Positions 23,721-36,472 of a stretch of 64,000 bases of DNA are shown in pieces. The notes below the pieces were generated by a model. The model ran no database searches. It saw only the letters and a list, made by a program, of their open reading frames with translations, and was not told the DNA's origin. Origin of the DNA: Squalus acanthias (taxonomy: Eukaryota). Within the stretch, counting starts at the first letter, position 1. Every line of letters begins with the position of its first letter. The stretch spans positions 53,260,001 through 53,324,000 of the forward strand of contig CM059438.1 in the NCBI GenBank assembly GCA_030390025.1, read 5' to 3'. Both the position numbers and the translations under genes were made by a program.

Positions 23721-25461
23721 TGTATTCCCTTGCCTTGTTAGTCCTCCCAAAATGCATCACCTCACACTTTTCAGGGTTAAATTCCATTTGCCACTGTTCT
23801 GCCCATCTGACCAACCCGTCTATATCGTCCTGTAGCCTGAGGCTTCCCTCCTCGCTATTTACCACCCCACCAATTTTTGTGTCATCTGCAAACTTACTGA
23901 TCATACCTCCTACATTCATATCTAAATCATTAATGTACACTACAAACAGCGAAGGACACAGCACCGATCCCTACGGTACACCACTGGACACAGGCTTCCA
24001 GTCACAAAAACAACCTTCGACCATCACCCTCTGCCTCCTGTCACTAAGATAATTTTGGATCCAATGTGCCAAGTTGCCCTGGATCCCATGGCTTCTTACC
24101 TTCTTGACCAGTCTCCCATGCAGGACTTTGTCAAAAGCCTTACTGAAGTCCATGTAGACCACATCAACTGCACTACCCTCATCCACACAACTAGTCACCC
24201 CCACGAAAAATTCAATCAAATTGGTCAGACATGATCTCCCCCTGACAAAGCCATGCTGACTATCCTTGATTAATCCTTGCCTCTCCAAGTGGAGACTAAT
24301 TCTGTCCCTCAGAATTTTTTCCAATAATTTCCCTACCACTGATGTTAGGCTCACTGGCCTGTAATTCCCTGGTTTATCCCTACTACCCTTCTTGAATAAT
24401 GGTACTACATTAGCTGTTCTCCAGTCCTCTGTCACCTCTCCTGTGGCCAGAGAGGTTCTGAAAATTTGTGTCAGAGCCCCTGCAATCTCCTCCCTTGTCT
24501 CACACAGTAGCCTGGGATACATCTCGTCTGGGCCTGGGGATTTATCCACTTTTAAGCCCGCTAAAACCGCTAGTACCTCCTCCCTCTCAATGCTAATTTG
24601 TTCAAGTATATCACAATCCCCCTGCCTCATTTCTATGCCTACATCGTCCTTCTCCATAGTGAACACAGATGCAAAATATTCATTTAAAACCCCACCTACA
24701 TCTTCTGGCTCTACACACAGATTGCCACTTTGGTCCCTAATGGGCCCAACTCTTTCCCTGGTTATCCTCTTGCCCTTAATATACTTATAAAACACCTTGG
24801 GATTTTCCTTTATTTTGACCGCCAGTGTTATTTCATGCCCCCTCTTTGCTCTCCTAATTTCTTTTTTAATTACCCCCCTGTACTTTCTATACTCCTCTAG
24901 GGCTTCCACTGTTTTTAGTCCTTTGTATCTGCCAAAAGCCTCCCTTTTTTTCCTAATCCATTCTCGTATATCCCTTGACATCCAGGGTTCCCTGGGCTTG
25001 TTGGTCCCACCCTTGACCTTTACGGGAACATGTTGGCGTTGTACTCTCTCTATTTCCTTTCTGAAAGACTCCCACTGCTCTGATATGGATTTTCCTACAA
25101 GTAGCTGATCCCAGTCCACTTTGGCCAGATCCTGCCTTATCATATTAAAACCGGCCTTCCCCCAATTTAGAACCTTTATTTCCGGTCCATCTTTGTCCTT
25201 TTCCATGACTACCTTAAATCTCACCAAATTATGGTCACTGTCACCAAAATGCTCTCCTACTAACACTTCTACCACTTGCCCGGCTACATTCCCTAGAATT
25301 AGGTCCAGTACCGCCCCCCCTCTTGGAGGACTTTCTACATGCTGGCTCAAAAAGCTCTCCTGGATGCACTTTAAGAATTCCGCACCCTCTAAGCCTTTCA
25401 CACTCTGACTATCCCAGTTAATATTGGGGAAGTTGAATTCCCCTACTATTATTGCCCTAAT

Positions 25462-26227
25462 GGCCCAGAAATTAAACAGTGAGGGTTCCCGCGGGGGTAA
25501 GGAATCCCCGCGATATCGCACTCCGCACCTACCTTTTTGCTCCGGGCCCACACGAACTTTAGTTTGAAAGGCTCTCTCTCTTGGAACCGTGCAGTGCTTG
25601 CGTGAACCAGAGACGCAATTAGTTCGTGCGAGCTCTGGGATCACGTGATTCAGTTAGAGCCAATGGCAGCACACCATCTTTCATTCATAGTTTTGACAGG
25701 AAGACCTATCAAGGCTATGAATACTACACCCCCCCAAAAGAACAGCTAAACCTCAATTAAATTTTTTTTAAAAGCCATCACATTAATAAAATAAGTATAG
25801 TTAAATAAATTAACCACTTTAAACAAAAAATTAAATTTTTGAAAAAATTTAAAATCTTTTTAAAAGTTATAAAAATAAACTTACCTTTCTTTAAAGTCTC
25901 TAAAAAAGATAAACCTGTTGAAAAAAATTTAAAATAACACTTAATTAACTACTTACCTGGTTGAAAGGGGGTCCTACGCCTGCTTTCTTTATGTGTAAAA
26001 TGTTCACCACTTACCTGCGCGTTCAAAGCTGAAAAAATAACTAAGTGCACTGCGTGCGCACAGCCTGTAGTGGGCACAGCGGTTCACTTAGGAACCGCCC
26101 CCTTTTCAATTCACGAAGTGCCAGTTTCCCACGCATGCGCAGTGCATGCAGGAAACCCGCAATTGGAGACCTAATACGCGAGAGTACACAGTGCGTACTC
26201 TCGCGTATTAGGTCTAATTTTCGGGCC
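25462..26227. mobile_element. Harbinger-type MITE inserted in the CR1 endonuclease region
   Basis: TIR GGCCCAGAAATT / AATTTTCGGGCC; flanks AAT/ATT; removing it restores CRNNRAIIVG. Confidence 0.85.
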
Positions 26228-28014
26228 ATTATTTCTACACTTCTCTGAGATTTGCCTACATATCTGTTCCTCTATCTCCCCCTGACTGTTTGGGGACCTA
26301 TAGTACACTCCCAGCAAAGTGCTTGCCCCCTTTTTGTTTTTAAGTTCCATCCATATGGCCTCATTAGAGGAACCTGCTAAGATATCATCCCTCCTTACAG
26401 CAGTAATTGACTCCTTGATTAATATTGCGACACCCCCTCCTCTTTTACACCCCCCTCTGTATCGCATGAAGATTCTATACTCCGGAATATTGAGCTGCCA
26501 GTCCTGCCCCTCCCTCAACCATGTCTCTGTGATAGCAACAATATCATACTCCCATGTGTTCATCAACACCTTCAATTCATCTGCCTTACTTGCAAGACTC
26601 CTTGCATTAAAATAAATGCCATCCAGCCTTGCCATACTCCCTTGTGCCATTACATATTTGCTCTGCCTTTCAGGCTGACTTGTTTTTTCCTCTATAGTTG
26701 GCTGTGCATCACCCCCTACTATAGCTCCACTCCGTATCCCATCCCCCTGCCAAGTTAGTTTAAACCCCCCCCCCAACAGTACTAGCAAACCTCCCCGCAA
26801 GGATGTTGGTCCCGTTCCGGTTCAGGTGCAACCCATCCGACTTGTACAGGTCCCACCTTCCCCAGAAGCAGACCCAGTGATCCAGGAAACTAAAGCCCTC
26901 CCTCCTGCACCAACTCTTTAGCCACGCATTCATCTGCTCTATCCTCCTATTCCTATACTCACTAGCACGTGGCACCGGGAGTAATCCAGAGATTACAACC
27001 TTTGAGGTCCTGCTTTTTAATCTGCTACCTAGCTCCCTAAATTCTTGTTGCAGGACCTCATCCCTCTTTCTACCCATGTCGTTGGTACCAATGTGAACCA
27101 CGACCTCTGACTGTTCGCCCTCCCCCTTCAGAATGCCCTGCAGCCGTTCAGTGACATCCTTGACCCTGGCACCAGGGAGGCAACATACCATCCTGGAGTC
27201 ACGTCTGCGGCCACAGAAATGTCTATCTGTTCCCCTTACGATAGAATCCCCTATCACTATTGCTCTCCCACTCTTTTTCCTCCCCTCCTGTGCAGCTGAG
27301 CCAGTCGTAGTGCCACGGACTTGGCTCTTGCTGCATTCCCTGAGAAACCATCTCCCCCATCAGTATCCAAAACGGAAAATCTGTCGGAAAGGGAGATGGA
27401 TCCAGGGGACTTCTGCACTACCTTCCTAGTTCTTTTACTCTGTCTGGCAGTCACCCATTCCCTGTCTGCCTGTGCACTCCTTACCTGCGGTGTGACCACC
27501 TCATTAAACGTGCTATCCACGAAGATCTCAGCTTCACGGATGCTCCACAGTGACTCCAGCCGCAGCTCCAGCTCTGAAACGCAGATTTCGAGTCGCTGCA
27601 GCTGGAGACACTAACTGCACGTGTTCGCCCTGGACACCTAAAGTGTCCCTGACTTCCAACATAGCACAGGAGGAGCACTCCACATTGCCGAGCTGCCCTG
27701 CCATGTCCTACCCTTAATTTACTCCCTTTAAATTAAAGAATATTAAATACACCAGGGACCTTACTTCCCTTTAAACACTACTTACTCTAAACTAGAGACC
27801 TTACTTTTACTTTAATGACTGGAATGTAGAAATACTGCAGAAATACTCACTGCTGGTTCTCTGTCCCCTCTGATGCAACTTTTTAGCTCCTGCTCTCCTG
27901 GAAGCTGACAAAGATGGAAAAAGAAAGGAACACCTCCCTCCCCGAACTCCCTCACTCACCAAACTCGCAGCTTAACGCTCTGTTCCGATCTGCACTCCGT
28001 GACAAACTGCACTC

Positions 28015-29043
28015 CCAGGTATTCCAGGAGCAATTCTCCTATATTCATCTGTCCGAGGAGCAGTGTTTCAGAAGGCTGCGCTGTAGCAAGGAGGTGGTCA
28101 CTGAGCTCTGCCACCTCCTGCAACCAGATCTGCAGCCTCAGCTCAGGACCAGGGTGTCTCTGTCAGTGGCAGTGAAAGTGACGGTGGCTCTCAATTTCTA
28201 TGCCAGAGGCTCCTTCCAGGCTTCAACTGGGGACATAGCGAATATCTTCCAGTTCGCTGTCCATTGCTGCATCCGGGAGGTCACAAATGCTCTGTACAAA
28301 AGGAGAAGGGAGTGCATCTCTTTCCCCATAACCCGGGACAAATAGCATGTGGCTTCGCTAGGATAGCGGGCTTCCCCATAATTCAGGGCGCCATTGACTG
28401 CACGCATGTGGCACTGCGGGCACCTCATGAAAATGCAGAGGTTTTCCACAACTGCAAAGGCTTCCACTCTCTGAAAGTGCAGTTGATTTGCGACCACAGA
28501 CAGCGCATCCTCGCCATCAATGCCTGCTATCCTGGCAGCAGCCACGATGCATTCATCCTGCGCCAGACTGGTGTCCCAGACCTGTTCCAACCAACGTGTC
28601 AACCTCATGGCTGGTTCCTCGGGGATAAGGGTTATCCACTCTGCACCTGGCTGATGACACCGCTCCGTAACCCCAGCACTCCTGCTGAGCTGCAATACAA
28701 TGAGAGCCACAGCGCCACCAGGAACCTCACTGAACAGACGATCGGCGTCTTGAAGCAACGGTTCCAGTGTCTTGACCACTCTGGAGGAGCCCTGCAGTAC
28801 TCTCCCGAGCGAGTCTCGCTTTTCATTGTTGTGTGTTGCATGCTTCACAACCTCGCAATTCTGAGGACCCAGCCATTGCCACCAGGGATTGGTGCACCAC
28901 CTCAGGAGGAGGAAGAGGGAGAGGAGGAGGAGGAGGAGGAGGAGGATGAAGAGGAGGATCAGCAGCACCAACGTGGGAGGGAGGCGTACAATGTTGCCAC
29001 TGCAAGGGCCATCCGTGAACGCCTGATAAGATACCGCTTCTAA
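28015..29043 (+). pseudogene. Harbinger DDE transposase pseudogene (5' truncated, frameshift ~28340)
   Basis: GAIDCTHV, GSSHDAFIL, LGDKGYP, TEQTIGVLKQRFQCL, CCMLHN, acidic tail. Confidence 0.93.
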
Positions 29044-29329
29044 CGAATGACAGAGAAGATGGCTTCTGGGATGAAGAAGCACATCATCACAAGCATCCCG
29101 CAGCCTCTATTGCCGGGCAAAGCTGCAATGAGTCAAATGAGCAAAGTTGTAAAGTTCCAATAAAATGTTTTATTTATCTGACAAACTGTGTCTTATTTAT
29201 TCAGCGCAACCAATAACAAACAAACACAACAATTCATTAACTAACAAAACATAGTGAACAATATATTTACAAACACATCCAACTTTGGTACAAACATTGC
29301 CCCCATTTATTAATAAATTCTACTGTTTG

Positions 29330-31225
29330 CCCTTCGAGGGTGATCTCCATCCCCTGCGCACTTCCCTCCTTCCACCCTACTGCTCCTCCGTAATGTGGCC
29401 CAAGTGGCTGCAGCAAGGCTGGTGGAAGGCTGTTGAATCTTGGATCCAGAGACTGCAGATGGCCTTGCAGGACACCCTTGACCAGCTCTGGGCCTGGAGG
29501 GCCCGGCTGCAGACTGCACCAACTCTGCATGGGCGGCAGCAGTCTGGGCTGGCTGGGTTACAGGCTGTGCCAAGTGCAATGGCGGAGTGGCAGTGGTGGG
29601 AGTAGGAATGCTGTCATCCGGAGAGAGGACAGCACCTTCCTGCTCAACCGACACACTGCCACTCCCCCGGGGCAGAACCTCAGCATCCGGAGCAATCTGC
29701 TCGAGCACAGATTGCTGGCCTGCTGCGGCACCATCAGATCCCCGGTGGACTGTGGGCAACCCAGTGACAATGGCAGCAGTCAGCGCTTGCGTGGCATCAA
29801 TCTGAGACTGCATGAGAGCAGTCTGAGACTGGATGGCACCAACCAATGACTCGATTGCAGCACTAAGCCGTTGCGTCGGCCTGTGCTGCACTAGATCCTG
29901 CCACCTCACCCATTACACGCAGCATGGGCTCTGGGTGCTCACGGTCTCCCTGCAATTCAACCATCCTCTGCAATGAGGCAAGGATGGGTTCAAGGGTTTG
30001 CGCACAGATGACAGCTGTGCTGGCGGCGGACTCCTCCACGCTCCTAGCCAGTGCATCCATGCTGTCGGGCACCCTTGCCATTGCACCCATGAGCTCCGTA
30101 TGCATGCTCATTGCCTGAGTATTCATCGCCACTATATCGAGGTCCTCATCAGAGTCCTGCGCAGCAGAACCCATGCACACGCTCACCCTCCTGGGAGATG
30201 GTCCCCGAGCTTCCCTTCCCCCATGGCGTTGCTGCAGCCTGCTGGGTCCAGGAGCTTCACCCACATCAGAGCCAATTCCCCTGCTCCCCTCCAGTGAACA
30301 CGTGGCCCCAGTGTCGGAAGTGTCACCCTCGGGAGACGTAGGCAGTGAGGCTCCGGCTTCCTCTTCCTCCTCCTCTGGTGCGTCACTGCCACTGGGAGGC
30401 TGAGGGACAGGCTGGTCAGCTGGTGGTTCACTATCTGAAAGCAGGAAGGTACAAGACTGGCTTTAACATGAGGGCAGGGGGGCAGGAAGGGAGCAAGGAC
30501 TGGAGACAGTTAGTTAGATTGAAAGTGTAAAAGGCTGGTGTTGTGAGGGGGAAGTGGTATGAGAGAGGAGAGAAAGCTGATTAACATACCGTTGCTGTCC
30601 CCAAGGGGGTCGACCTCTCCAATGGCCACAGCGCCTACTACCTGGCTCACAATGAGTCTGTGGACTCTTCTCCTCCAATTCAATGAGGGGGTGCAGCTCC
30701 GCCTGTCCTCCTCCCGTACGTTGCTGCTTCCTCCTGTTATGAGCAAGCTTGGCCTGCACAAAAAGGACAGCGTGTGAGTGAGTGTGCAGCCATGTGTTTG
30801 GCAGATGTGCCTACCATAGTTGAATAGCCGTTAATGTGTGTAAGGTGTGGGATGTGCATGTGACTTTTATGAGATGGCCATAGTTGTTGGATGAGTATTG
30901 GGCATTTGGGTATTTACACCGTCTATGCACAGAGTGAGGTTGAGATGGTGGGATGTAGAGGTATTGAAAAGCAGGTACTCACCCTGACCACCCGAGTGAG
31001 GTCGTTGAACTTTTTATGACACTGTGTATGTGTCCTTGGCACCAGGCTCCTCGATGACACATGCTGGGCCACCTCCCTCCACACTCTTCGGAACTCCCGA
31101 GGCAATGGCCTCCTGCCACTCTTTGGGTAGAGCACTGCCCATCACCGTTCCAGTGCGCCAACCAGAGCCACCAATGCCTGGTCGCTGAAGCGCCGAGCTC
31201 TCTCCCTGGGCCTCTGAGTATCCAT
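29330..31225 (-). pseudogene. Harbinger Myb/SANT-like gene, 3 exons (exon 1 31225-30983, exon 2 30753-~30590, exon 3 ~30434-29330)
   Basis: RFSDQAL..W.EVA..VS...RT..QC.KKFNDL then GT; AKLAHNRRKQQRTGGG; in-frame stop in exon 1 and frameshifts. Confidence 0.85.
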
Positions 31226-31563
31226 CACAAATCTTGGATGAAGATTTTTAACTGTTTTAGGCCGAGGTCACATGCTGCAATGATCAGGGTGTGGCTGGGC
31301 AGCAAGTGGCCCCTCCCCTTTAAGAACTGGATGGCGCCAGTCTGTTTGAGTACCATGGTAACTGACATCGCCTGAGCTTGAGTAGCGTTCTGAGGTAGCG
31401 CCTCGCTCCCCGACATTAACGCCCTCAGAGAGGTGTGTAGCGCCTGAGTTAGCGCTGGGGACGAATTTCGCAGTCGGTGGCGATAATTAGTGCCGGGCAC
31501 TAAAATTTGCACCCGGCCGATACTAGCGCCCCAAAATGGGTGATACCCAATTTTCCCCCCATT

Positions 31564-33700
31564 GGGTGCTAAATTGGTACATGTAGCACCCATTTTTCAG
31601 GCACTACGCAGCCACCTAAGGTCACAAAATGGTGTCCAAGATGTGCGAGCACACTTCCGATGGAAAGTGCACAACACGCCACGTGGTAAAGTAGTTATTG
31701 TACGCGCAACTACTGACCGCCAGCAGGGTGCAGAGCAGGGACATAGTGACGTGGTTCAGTGTGCAGTGTTGATTTGAAGCCAGCATCGCCATTTCGAAGT
31801 TCCCAATCAGCCGATCGCTTGCTTACCTTGCTCTGCAGAACATGACACTAATGGTCAGGAAGGACCCTCCGACGGCGCTATTTTAAGGGATCAGGTCAGA
31901 TTTAAAGGAGTTCTACTTCTAGGTCAGTCGCTGGATTATTTCTTTTGGCTGCGGGTCAATTTCTAAGCATTCAGGCTTTTGGAAGTTGAATTCATCCACA
32001 GAGGGGGGTCTGGCTGCTCTCACAGCTCTGCTACTGTTATCTCTTTCACAAATGATTTTCCTCCAGACTTGGGTGGCCTGGTAAGGATACCTCTCGGAAT
32101 AGAGCACAACTGGGAGCAGGAAGGAAGACAGCACAGAGCAGGACAACTGCCAGCGAGGGAGGAGGAGCAGGAAGAGGAGGCAGAGGCGGAAGAACCTCGG
32201 CAGCCCCTTACTGCCAGGGCACGACAAGAACAGCTCATTGAGGAGCGCTTTCACTGGTCTTAACTACACCTCCCCGTTCACCATCACTGCCACACTTCTT
32301 ACCTTTCCTCTTTCAATAACCATCACGTCACCCTCTTTCTGTCAACATCTCCCTCCTTTGACTGCAGGCATAAAAACCAACACCAAATACACATTCAAAT
32401 CATAATTTATCAACATAATCATTGCAGCATGCTAACAAAATGGAACTAATCATCCCTGTATATTCCCTTAGTGCCTGCCTTTCATGTCCCTTTCCCTATC
32501 CTGGTGGTCCTACGAGATGCTTCCCTAGTGGCTCGAGTTTGGGTGGAGGAAGGCTGCTGTCCTCCAATTCAGGAGACAAGGGCAACCTCGAGCAGCTCTG
32601 GGCCTAGAGGACCCGGATTTGTTCTGCACCGTCTCAACCTGGGCGGCAGCAGTCTGCGCTGGCTGGCTGACAGGCAACAGCAAGGGCACTGGCGGAGTGG
32701 CAATGGTGGGAAGACGAATGCTGTTATCCTGAGAGAGGACAGCAGGTTCCTGCTCCACGGAGCCACTACCACTCCCCCGGGGCAGCACCTCAGCAATCGT
32801 ACTAATCTGTTGGAGGACAGATTGCTGGACTGCTGTGATGACCTGGAAGCCCCCTTGAACAATGATATCCAGAGCCATGATGGCAGCAGTCTGAGCTTCC
32901 ACTGGAGCACTCAGACCTTTGACGGAAGCTGTTTGTGCTGCAATGGAAGCTGTGACATCGGCCATCAGACGATGCATCATGGTGGGTTTCACAGGTGTGC
33001 TGATGGAGGTAACCACCCATTCCATGTTGGAAAGGATGGGGTCCAAGCTCTGCACAAAGCCCTGTGCCAAGTTGGTGGTGGACTCCTCCATGCTCCTTGA
33101 CATTGAGCGCAGGCTATGTATACCCATCAGCCCGTCGAAGTCCTCATCTGATTCCTCTGCAGCAGAACTAGTGTGCGGCCTCGCCCTCCGGTGAGCTGGC
33201 ACATGTGCTATCCTTGCCCCCCACCCTGGCTCCTGCGCATATGTGCCCGGTGTCTCACCACATGTAGATCCCGCCTCTAAACTAGCCCCTAAAATACACA
33301 CAGTGTCAGTATCTGAGCTGTGACCGTAAGATTGAGTGACGGTGTTTCTTCATCTTCTTCCTCACTGGCTGCTGAGCCTCCACTTCTTGGGGATCTGAAA
33401 TGAAAAAGGGACAAGGTTTAAGTTGTGGTGTGGGGAGAGGAGAGAGGGAGAAGTGTGTGCTGGCACCATTGGCAGCGTCTCATTCAGAGCGTGAGGGGTG
33501 AGGTAGGAGTGAGAAGAGAGGGCGATTAGGAATGCAGAAACCCTGATCATCGTTTTTCCAGCGTCACCAATGGCCATGGTCTCCACAATACCCCTACCCA
33601 AGACGGCCAGGACTGTCTTCTCCAGGGTGGGGGTGTTTGGTGAGAATGTGAAAGCCAGCTGTTCCTCCACCAGATCCTGGTATCTCCAAGACATCTGTCC
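31564..33700. mobile_element. Second Harbinger relic directly abutting the first, with internally deleted transposase and Myb-gene exons on the minus strand
   Basis: TIR-like GGGTGCTAAATTGG; a transposase-like N-terminus joined to the acidic tail (32070-32260); ORF 32525-33301 RSMEESTTNL; right end not located. Confidence 0.65.
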
Positions 33701-33712
33701 TAAGATCCTGCA

Positions 33713-33952
33713 GTGATGGTGCCGGCTCCTCCCCTTCCTGTAATGACAGTTCTGGCTCCTCCCCTTCCTATAGTGACAGTGCTGGCTCCTCCCCTTCCTG
33801 TAGTGATGGTGCTGGCTCCTCCCCTTCCTGTAGTGATGGTGCTGGCTCCTCCCCTTCCTGTAGTGGTGGTGCTGGCTCCTCCCCTTCCTGTAGTGGGGGT
33901 GCTGGCTCCTCCCCTTCCTGTAGTGCTGTGCTGGCTCCTCCCCTTCCTGTAG
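33713..33952. repeat. Minisatellite, 30-bp unit GCTGGCTCCTCCCCTTCCTGTAGTGATGGT (~8 copies)
   Basis: Tandem copies. Confidence 0.95.
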
Positions 33953-34583
33953 ATGGTAGTTTATTGTGATTGGGAGGCATAGCCGGAATTTTGCTGGCGC
34001 TCAGAGGGCGGGATAGGAGGCAGGTCAGAGGTTAAATTTGCAATGATTGACGCCGTGTTCCGCCTCCACACATCTTTCCCAAGTGTCGGGTCTCCGATTT
34101 GCAAACGGACCCGACACCAAACGGCGGGAAAGGGATTAATGGCACTTAACTGCCTATTAAGTGGTAGTTTAGAGCTACTTTCACAGGGTTTGGGGATTTT
34201 CCAGCTTCTGGGTCGGGTTACACGACATTCGGACAACACGCCAGGTCAGCGAGCTGGAGACTTCACAGCTGCAACTGCAGTGTAAAAGCTGCACTCTCAA
34301 ACCGTGCCATTTAGAAATCTGTGAGGTTGGTGATTGAATAATTTGGGGGGCATATTCTGTGTTTAGGCTGCAAGTATGTGTTGTGCACTATAGATCCACT
34401 GTAACCTGCATCGCTGGATTTTAAAGGCGCACTTACCCTAAACTGTGCCACCTCAAATTGTCAGCTCACAGATGGCAACGATGCCAAACCTTTGTTCTAC
34501 TTCAATGTATTATAATATTGGCAAAGAAGAGAAACTTTACAAATAAATCTATTATAACACCCCAGTGAGAACCCTTGTGATTA

Positions 34584-36472
34584 TTAACACGACATCTTCC
34601 TCTTACGCATGCTTCTACGTTGTGCTACCCCTGTGGCTTCAGTATATGTGGAGGCAGCCTGCTCACTTCCCTGCTGCTCCTGCTTAGACGCCTTTGGCGG
34701 CCGTCCTCTGGGTTTGGGAGCCTTGGTGGGCCCCGCCAAAGTCTGCTCCTCCTGCAGCTGTGCAGGGGCAGACGCGGCCATCTCTGTTGGCTCAGGCAGA
34801 TGGGGCTCTGACCGAGGGCTCGGCAGTGGCAAGGGAGTGTGAGCGCTTGGAGAGGAGCCCCCACTTCCTTGTGCTCCAACAACACCGTCCCTCTCATGGG
34901 TCGCCCGCACTTCACTGCTAGCAAGTTACTGGAGAGCACCTTGCTGCACATCAGTGGGGCCATGAGGACCTGTCTCTGTACTGACAGTCCTCATAATGGG
35001 GACGTCCATGTACCTCTGGTTCCTCTCCACGATAGATGGCCTTCTATCCTCCATAGATGCCCATCTATCTAGAAGAGCCACCATGTTGGCTTGTGTCTGG
35101 CGAGTTAGGTCCTCCATTGGAGGTTGCCATCCTTTCCAAGGCAGCACCTAGATTGCCCATAGTGTACACCACGGCATTGCTCATGTTTGAGATGGACTCC
35201 TCCAATCTCTGCACATTCGCAGTCACTGTGGTTGCAAACCCAGTCAGAGCCCCTGCACTTGTTCCTGAAGCTCCAGCACCGCTCTCTTTCTGGGTGGCCT
35301 CTGAGGCTCAGCGTCTACTTGCAGCTGAGCAGAGCTGGGAAATTCCTGCGACCTCCGACGAAGACTCTCCACTGCTGTACCTGCCTCCAACATCTGCTCC
35401 TGCTCACTTGTGAGCTGTGATACACCAGATGACAACATTCCTCTATCTCGCAAAAAACCCACCGAGGTGTGAGTGTCTGCGCTGGTGCTGGGTGCGCTGA
35501 ATGCTGGTGACGCTGCTCCCTCAGAGGCTGATGGTTCCTCTGAGGAGTGCTCCTGCTCTTCCTCCTGGACAGTGGGGAGCGGGGCTCTCAATGGTCCTGT
35601 GGGAGAGTAAAGGCATGAGTTAGACAAGTGAAATGTATGTTGCAGACACATCCCATTGTGCAGATACTTAGCACTCAATCTATGAACATCATCTCCCATG
35701 TTAGTCACTCATGAATGCTAAACCAGAGGGTTGGAAATCAATTCTGTCACCAGCTTGCTCTTCTACGCCCGTCTCTCTGTCCCCCACTTCCAGCTCCTCT
35801 GCACCTCCGACGATCTCCAGGGCTGCCTCCTCAGCTCTCGTTAGGTGCGCCAGGGATGGTGGGCTTCTTCCTGTCCTCCCTCTCTCCCTTTTATTGTGGG
35901 GTCTCTTCTCCTGTAATGAGGGACACAAGTGGAGTTTGAGAGAGATTGATGGAGTGAGTGTAAAGAATGGATGACATAGATGTTTAGCGGGAGACTATGA
36001 AGGAGTGAGGTGCACAAACCAAGTTTCCTCCCTGTGTGTTGTTAGTTGTTGGCATTGCATAAGAGTGTGAGTGGTGCATAGTAAGATGGTAAGATTCTGT
36101 ACAGAGAGAGGGATGGGTGCAGGTGCAAGGGATGTTAGAGTGAGTTGGGATGTGCAGGGGAAGGTTGCCAATGCAGAGTGATAGGGATGAGAAGAGATGG
36201 CAGATGGAAGGTAAGTATGCTGTTATATTCACTTTTGCTGATCGCAACAGATCATTAAACCTCTTGTGACACTGCACCCAGGTGCGTCTGCAGACCGACC
36301 TCGAACTGACCCCCTCAGTAATTTGCAGCCAAGCTGCCTTGGTTTGCCGAGGAGGCCTCCTCCTTCCGTCTCCAGGGAAGAGGACCTCCTTACGTCCTCT
36401 TACTCCCTCCACAAGAGCATGGAGGGAGTCCTGATCGAAGCGGGGAGCAGCCTTCGGTTTGCGCGCTGCCAT
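34584..36472 (-). pseudogene. Harbinger Myb/SANT-like gene (exons 36472-36233, 35910-35751, 35596-34584), in an element spanning ~33980-36850 that lacks a transposase
   Basis: MAARKPKAAPRFDQDSL...WLQI...RTWVQCHKRFNDL; GT-AG introns with consistent phases 0 and 1; TATTTAAA on the minus strand at 36543-36536; exon 3 has stops/frameshifts. Confidence 0.85.

Larger units (their letters stand above)
22971..28010 (-). mobile_element. Near full-length CR1 LINE (ORF1 with esterase, ORF2 APE-RT); 3' end missing
   Basis: ORF1 ~27704-26760 with Cys-rich N-terminus and SGNH motifs IGDSIVR, HIGTND, DGLHL; APE FNARS, AITETWL, GGGVA; RT motifs 25644-22971. Confidence 0.93.
22524..31560 (+). mobile_element. 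PIF/Harbinger transposon (formerly autonomous) containing nested CR1, SINE and MITE
   Basis: 15-bp TIR GGGGGAAAAATTGGG / CCCAATTTTCCCCCC (1 mismatch); TSD ATT at 22521-23 and 31561-63; transposase (+) and Myb gene (-) convergent. Confidence 0.85.

Noticed and set aside
26760..27257. Stand-alone SGNH/GDSL esterase gene
   Set aside because: It is the known esterase domain of CR1 ORF1, directly upstream of APE-RT.
28015..31225. Domesticated HARBI1 / NAIF1 host genes
   Set aside because: Multiple disrupted copies inside TIRs with TSDs; these are transposon relics.
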